A stretch of DNA of 64,000 nt from Macrostomum hystrix. Its lineage: Eukaryota; Animalia; Platyhelminthes. The stretch lies in NCBI GenBank assembly GCA_950097015.1, contig CATNEN010000038.1:34410001-34474000 (forward strand), given 5' to 3'. The notes beneath the pieces are model-generated. The model was not told the DNA's origin and ran no database searches. It saw only the letters and a program-made list of their open reading frames with translations. Both the position numbers and the translations under genes were made by a program. Shown one piece after another: positions 58,301 through 64,000 of the stretch (position 1 is its first letter; every line of letters starts with the position of its first letter).

Positions 58301-60326
58301 AATATGTGAAATCAACAGCAACAAGCTGCTTCTGAAATAATATTTCCACCGCCCAATCGATCTGATTTCCAGTCACGGATCCGGTTTCAATCAACGCTCC
58401 ACAGTTCAACGGCTCCGGCTACCTGCTCTACAGAAGCCAGGACTTGATGCTCGCGTGAGTCCACTGAAGTACATTAATAATTCAATGCAAATCAAAAGAA
58501 ATTTGTTTAGCTTCATTAATTTCATTGCAGTCTTTAATTAGTACAGTTTGCGTGTCGTGTAAAACTGTGACTTCTTTAACGCTTTTTTATTGCTTTGCCT
58601 GACTGAGAGAATACCAGAAAGAGAGCGTTGTCTGAACAGGTGACACTGTTGTAATGGTTTTGTCTGAACAGGTGACACTGTTGTAATGGTTTTGTCTGAA
58701 CAGGTGACACTGTTGTAATGGTAGTATTTTCTGGGGGTCGGTGGCAGAGCAGTTAACGCGTTTGCCTCTCGCACCAAGATCCCTGAGTTCGATTCCGCGG
58801 CGAGGCCACATTCATTTGGGGCACAGCTGCGGAGAGAAGGCTTGGGGGCTTGTCGTGCAATTTACGCCCTTGAGGGCTAACCTCGAAGGCACAGTGAGAG
58901 TGTAAACAGCCTGACGATGAGAAAGTCAGGGCAGATGTACACACCCTGTGTGAGCGTGTGCCTGCGTACGGCATCTGTGTGCGTGTGTGCTCAGGAGTCA
59001 GCGAAATGGGCAGAACTGTGTCCTTGCTGGCTGCGGGTCAAGTTTTGCCAAATGATGTGCCATTTCCTGCAGCCCTCCCGCAATTAACTTTTTTGTTATT
59101 AGTGGCATTTTCTCAGCAGGTAACAAAGGTATCGTTTTTGCCCTCAATTCCATTAACTACGAAACTCCGGATTCCAAAAATTCGCAGTAATTCTTTTTAA
59201 CTGCTAATTCTGTCCAAAAATGTTGGTCGCTGCTTATCTGCTTGCAGAGCATCGGGTCTCACCATGAATTTGAGCATGAGTCTCAAACTGAGCCCAATTT
59301 ACGGCGGCTCATCGTCAGTCAGCAAGCTGCCAGCCACTCTACTGTTGCTGAGCGGAAAGTCCTTAGGACCGTCAGGTAGATACCTGCACCTCACAATCAC
59401 CCAACACCACCTTTCCCTATATTATAACGAAGGCTATGGAGTGAAAACTAAAAGAAATTTGCCCTATTTGGATCACGGCTGGCATCGGCTAACGATACTG
59501 AGGTGAGTGAGCCTTTTTTTACTAACTGTTCAATTTTTTCCGACAGAAAATTTAGCAATAAAACTTTGGTGTCTTTAATTTATTGTAGAACACCTGGAAA
59601 ATACACCGTCATAATCGACGGACAGTCCAAAGCGGAAGTAAACGACACAGACATTGGTTCGGTTGACGACACATTTGCTCAACTACTACTCGGTAGGCTT
59701 CCGAAAGCTGCTACCCAATGAGCAGTTTTGATTTGAAGCTGGATTTTGAAGCATATGTTTAAAGGTTAACATGAGTTGATGGGTGTGGCGTCCCCCCAGT
59801 CCATGGACTGAACAGCCGTACGCAGCCTTCAGATGCGCCGCGCAATCTCTGCGGCTGTGCTGTCGGCTGCACATCTGGCCCAATTGGGGCAGGTGTAATT
59901 AACACTCGTATGTTGAAAACAGGATCCCAAATACGTTTTAAAAAGTAACAAAACACAACATATCAAACAGCAGAGAGTATTGCTTGATGACAAGCGATGA
60001 TTGGCTGTCATACCGATTAAGGCTTCTACACCCGTACCAGTACCTGTTGCTATGCTAAAAAACCTGCAACTCACCTTGCAGGCGGCATCGATAGCCAGAC
60101 TTGGCAGCTGAACAGTCATAATTTGGTTAAGTCGACGGCCTCAAAAAATATTCAATGGCCGCCAACGCGACCAATCGGCTTCGAGGGCTGCCTGAAGGAG
60201 GTCTCGCTGGCTGCGACTCTCAACTCTGGTGGGCAACGTTGGCGGCTTTTCGCAGCTGCAGCCGAAGACGGTCGGGATGTTCAACAATGCGCTCCTTCGG
60301 CTGGCGATAATCGTGAAGCAAATTAA
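46341..60326 (+). CDS. EGF / laminin-G protein, architecture (EGF-LamG)x3; pikachurin(EGFLAM)/EYS/agrin-C-terminus-like; 5' end unresolved
   Basis: Exons 46341-46538, 48539-48734, 52845-53040, 53492-53720, 54443-54577, 54672-54915, 56335-56566, 58010-58229, 58373-58454, 59248-59502, 59589-59692, 60082-60326; GT-AG, phases consistent. EGF motifs (CQNGGRC..CMCPIGYTGLRCE; CMNRGQC..CLC; CQCWLGFSGEQCE) alternate with LamG motifs (F.G.GY, DGLLLYAG, FDLGSG, W..V...R, FVGC/FEGC). Confidence 0.88.
46550..47127. repeat. ~22-24-bp pyrimidine-rich minisatellite (TCTGTACACCCTCACTTCCCT…), intronic
   Basis: Starts ~12 nt after the donor at 46539. Confidence 0.93.
48054..48175 (+). mobile_element. SINE family A 3' fragment
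   Basis: CAGTCCATGGACTGAAGAGCCGTAC…ACATCTGGCCCAA. Confidence 0.7.
48262..48520 (-). mobile_element. SINE family B copy with internal deletions
   Basis: Reverse complement of the head GCAGAGCGGTTAGCGTGTTTG, GGCTTGTCGTGCAATTTACG, GTGCTCAGGAGTCAGCG and the tail. Confidence 0.8.
49905..50166. repeat. 40-bp GC-rich repeat x5-6 (CCGTGTCGAGTCGGGCAGGTCCAGGTCGGGTTAGACCGGG)
   Basis: Units at 49961, 50001, 50041, 50081, 50121, built from 5-bp CGGGN-type subunits. Confidence 0.92.
50275..52816. repeat. 54-bp minisatellite, ~47 copies (TTTAGTGACGTTTCTCTTGTGGTTTGTCTATTGACGTCTGTCTCTAGACGCTAC), intronic
   Basis: Direct reading; ends ~28 nt before the acceptor at 52844. Confidence 0.98.
53084..53420 (+). 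mobile_element. SINE family B copy filling most of intron 53041-53491
   Basis: Colinear with 58733-59100. Confidence 0.85.
55005..55497. repeat. 23-bp minisatellite, ~21 copies (CAGCGACCAAAGTAGACCCTCAW), intronic
   Basis: Direct reading. Confidence 0.94.
56593..57015. repeat. 30-bp minisatellite, ~14 copies in two variant blocks (GAACAGGTGACAGAAGGATTGTGCTTATCA / GAACAGGTAACGAAATGGTTATTGTTGCTT)
   Basis: Direct reading; begins ~27 nt after the donor at 56567. Confidence 0.95.
57780..57932 (-). mobile_element. SINE family A fragment
   Basis: CAGCCGACAGCACAGCCGCAG…GTTCAGTCCATGGAC…GGTACCCATTTA…GCTGGGTGAAC. Confidence 0.75.
58629..58722. repeat. 32-bp repeat x3 (TGTCTGAACAGGTGACACTGTTGTAATGGTTT)
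   Basis: Direct reading. Confidence 0.9.
58733..59100 (+). mobile_element. SINE family B, full length (~365 bp, tRNA-derived head)
   Basis: A-box-like TGGCAGAGCAG, B box AGTTCGATTCC, internal hairpin, T-rich tail; about six copies or fragments in the window. Confidence 0.87.
59778..59902 (+). mobile_element. SINE family A 3' fragment
   Basis: GGCGTCCCCCCAGTCCATGGACTGAACAGCCGTACG…CCCAATTGGGGCAGGTG. Confidence 0.85.
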
Positions 60327-62635
60327 ATAGACAGATAGTTTTGATTTTGCTTCGAATTCATTTGAGTGCTATAATCGTATACTATAATTGACTAATCTGA
60401 TAACTAATGACATCAGTGACACCTTATTGAATTCAGTAAGTGCTTATGCATTTTTAGCTGCATGCATGTCGTGTTTTCTGATCAATAATTAAGACAACAA
60501 TAAATGAATACGCAGCTGCAGTCGCTGACTGGATTATATATTTCTTTCCTAATCCGATATTTTTTCAAACTAAATCTACTGTTTAAAGAATTTCGTCTGT
60601 ATGTGGACAATTATAAAAACTGCATTTTGTCTTTGCTGTTTTGAGTACTTTCTAATAAAAGCCTGACTGTGACACATCATATAGAGGCTGCGCCGAATTA
60701 CAATTTCTTTTTTTATTTGAATTTGAATTTCATGAATTAGTTGTATCGAAAAAATTATCCCAAAGTACTTTGTTTTGCTTAATCCAAGCCTCTTTCCTCG
60801 TGTACGTGAACTTACATGCATGTTTCATTTCTAGTACATACACAGTCAAAATTATACATTAATACGTTCTATCGCACAGTAAAATCGGTCGAGCTAGTGG
60901 TTGTTCGACTTGTTATACTTTTGATGAAGACGATATCCAGGATTTATCATGATACAGCAGCTATATATAGCATATGGTTCAAGTTCTGATGTTTATTTTT
61001 TAATTATACACTTTTACGATAAATGCAAACTAGAAAACTATAAGTCGAGATATTGCACATGTAAATGTACACATACGTTCGGCAAGCTGCTTTACTGGTT
61101 GCACACTGATCGATGTAGGAGCTGTTAAATAAACCAAGACAATTAGCAGTTTATTATGTATAGGCTTAATTATGTTGCAACTGATATTCCGCGAATTAAC
61201 CACGTCATGCAATTGTTTTAGAGTAACAGTGGTCTTCGAAATGATTCTTCAGCAGTGTTGAATGGTTTAGCTTTTCAATCCGTGGTCCGATCGATTATCA
61301 TCGCGCCTTCGATTCTGCAGACCGCGCCTAATTCGATCAGCACTCCGAATGATGCCATAATCAAATCAAGTTTACTCGAAATATTAAAGCTACCGTGCTT
61401 CTATGTCTGACGAGATTTTAAATTAGAGTTAAAAGATTACACAGGATAAGAATCAGGTGCAAACATCTCAATTACTTTCGCTTAGTATCGAGAAGCGTTA
61501 AAAAAGCCGAGATGATTGTATACAAACGATCAATAAAGAAAAACGAATGTAAACGCTTTATCTCTAGAAATGCTTTTAATTTTGCCTTAGCCATGATACT
61601 GTATTGTACTGGCATAGAAAACAAAGCTCTGAAAACTTTTATTAGCTACATTGAATATTTTACAACGTTCAGAATTAGTCATGTTTAAAAATAGAACATT
61701 CCACGAAACTAAATAAATTGTCGTGCTTCGCACAATGACATTGCGCAATATGATTAAACTCAGGCGCTCAGTTGCACAAAAAGTGGAACTATCCCACTAG
61801 TATTTTATTAGTATTAGATTTCTAGTAAATAAAGCACTAGTTTGTCTGTGTTTTGTGACCAAATTTTTTTTTCCCTATTTTAAATAAATTAAGTAAAAAT
61901 TAGGTAATAATTTTCTTTATTCTAGTTTCCTTCTCTAGGATAGTTATTAAGCTAGATTATTATAAATCGTAAGCTGCATCATAACACAGTTTCACGTAAC
62001 ATGTCTAGCTAGCTACAAGCTATTTTCTCATTGTCAGCCTTTTTAAAATCTCAATTCCATGTGTGTTGTCATTATTCAAACACATTGATAACAATAAGCT
62101 AGCTGTTAAGAAAAAAGTATTTATAGTTCATTATAGGCCTAATATGTGTCCAGTGTTTTTGTCCAATAACGAATAGACGCTTCAAAACTTTTATGTTAGT
62201 AATAATGTCATATTAGCTTGTACTGTATTAGCTACAATATTACATATGCTACATGCATATTCTTACTCTAACTCATATGCATAAGCATGCTGTTAACTTT
62301 TTAATGCTTATGCTTATTACTCATCTTAATTGATTTAATGAATATTGTGCTTTGTGAAAAATTTTTACATTGCACAATTTTTACACTTTTAGTTATGGCT
62401 AATAGTTTTTCACACTAGTTTCTAGTCTAATTTAAATTTTGGGACTGAAATTATTCATCATAAAATATTTTTAATGTGGAGCAGGTAGATCATAATTGAT
62501 CCTAACCATATCTATCTATTTTAAAACAGTGGCTAGGCCTAAAAGAAGTCATCCAAAAACTCTAAAAATGTTTGCAGTAAGCTAGAGTTAACACACCTGA
62601 AGAAAGAACAGTTTACCTGCCACATCTAGGAGAAA

Positions 62636-64000
62636 ATGTCTCGCCCAATAGGCATGCCGGCAAACCATCAGCTGGAAGTGCCAGTCTATTTCTGCCGTCA
62701 TGCTGAATCAACCTATAATGAGCATGGCGACTCGGCGCCAGATGTGCCCCTGTCTGAGCGGGGCAGGTCGCAAGCCGCCGCCCTCACAGGTCACTATCAT
62801 CTGGTGCTCTGTTCGCCCATGCAACGGGCTAGACAGACTCTGCAGCTTAGCCGAATTACTTACGATAAAATGGTGGTAGGTTATGCATGTGAATCTTACA
62901 CATTTATATTTTGATTGTTCCAGACTTTCGTTTTTTGCAGCTAGTACTGTCCCTGTTCTATCAAAAATACTTATACTTGTGTGTTGAATGTCTGTCAATT
63001 CACTCAGTACAGTATCAACAATACTGTCACTTGTCTATCAACAATACTGTCACTTGTCTATCAACAATACTGTCACTTGTCTATCAACAATACCCTCACT
63101 TGTCTATCAACAATACTGTCACTTGTCTATCAGCAATAATTTCACTTGTCTATCAACAATACCCTCAATTGTCTATCAACAATACTGTCACTTGTCTATC
63201 AACAATACTGTCACTTGTCTATCAACAATACTTTCACTTGTCTATCAACAATACCCTCACTTGTCTATCAACAATACTTTCACTTGTCTATCAACAATAC
63301 CCTCACTTGTCTATCAACAATACTGTCACTTGTCTATCAACAATACTGTCACTTGTCTATCAACAATACTGTCACTTGTCTATCAACAATACTGTCACTT
63401 GTCTATCAACAATACTGTCACTTGTCTGTCAACAATACTGTCACTTGTCTGTCAACAATACTGTCACTTGTCTATCAACAATACTGTCACTTGTCTATCA
63501 ACAATACTGTCACTTGTCTATCAACAATACTGTCACTTGTCTATCAACAATACTGTCACTTGTCTATCAACAATACTGTCACTTGTCTATCAACAATACT
63601 GTCACTTGTCTATCAACAATACTGTCATAGTCTGTTAGCAATACTCTTAGTATCTTAAGGTAGTATATCCAGAGTATTTCTCCAGGGCTCAAATATCTAT
63701 AATTTCTATCCTACATTAACCTGGCAACCATGCAGGTGGTTCCGGAGCTCCGTGAGGTTGTGTCAGTGAGCTCAGATCGCCTTGTTCATGAGGCTAATTG
63801 GCACGAGACAGGTAACGAAGCTCAGCAGAGGTGTGCTACTGTGCTCCAGCTGCTAGTTAAAGAATCAGCAGCTGCGGCAGCCGCAGGAGGCAATGCCAGG
63901 GTTCTGTTGGTGTCCCATTGTGTGTTTGGCAATCGGCTGTACTCTCACTGCAATGCTGGGGTGCCAGGCGCTGCTAAATGTCCCAAGTTTCGAAATGCCG
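62636..64000 (+). CDS. Histidine phosphatase superfamily branch 1 (phosphoglycerate mutase-like) protein; runs off the window
   Basis: Exon 62636-62875 (FCRHAES, LSERGRSQA, CSPMQRARQT) spliced in phase 0 to exon 63736->64000 (PELRE, VLLVSHC, FRNA): the canonical PGM-family motifs in order. Confidence 0.9.
63013..63628. repeat. 23-bp minisatellite, ~27 copies (TATCAACAATACTGTCACTTGTC), intronic
   Basis: Direct reading. Confidence 0.96.

Noticed and set aside
58909-58932. Hammerhead ribozyme core (CTGACGA…GAAA) in SINE B
   Set aside because: Only 3 nt separate CUGANGA and GAAA, so stem II cannot form; the bases are better explained by a simple hairpin.
30772-63658. Repetitive ORFs at 30.8, 34.8-35.6, 42.35, 46.5 and 62.9-63.7 kb
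   Set aside because: Same tandem-repeat artefact.

Overview
Eukaryotic (metazoan) genomic DNA with GT-AG introns, GC-rich exons and AT-rich intergenic DNA. The style suggests an invertebrate, possibly a free-living flatworm such as Macrostomum (inference only). I spliced five genes by hand with consistent intron phases: a ~19-20-exon TRPA-family ankyrin channel (minus, 5910-25996), TMEM45/DUF716 (plus, head-to-head with it), the tRNA methylthiotransferase CDKAL1 (minus), an (EGF-LamG)x3 pikachurin/EYS-like gene (plus, N-terminus unresolved) and a histidine-phosphatase/PGM-family gene running off the right end. There is also the last exon of a coiled-coil gene at the left edge and two intronless orphan ORFs. 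The dominant non-coding feature is about 28 different tandem arrays (5-85 bp units): most larger introns carry their own private minisatellite, often starting within a few bases of a splice site. One 28-bp satellite lies in inverted orientation on both sides of a single TRPA exon, and several units carry splice-donor motifs. Two tRNA-derived SINE families (one CORE-like), a deleted Tc1/IS630-like relic and a 66-bp inverted-repeat element are also present. Most long ORFs in the supplied track are artefacts of the tandem repeats.
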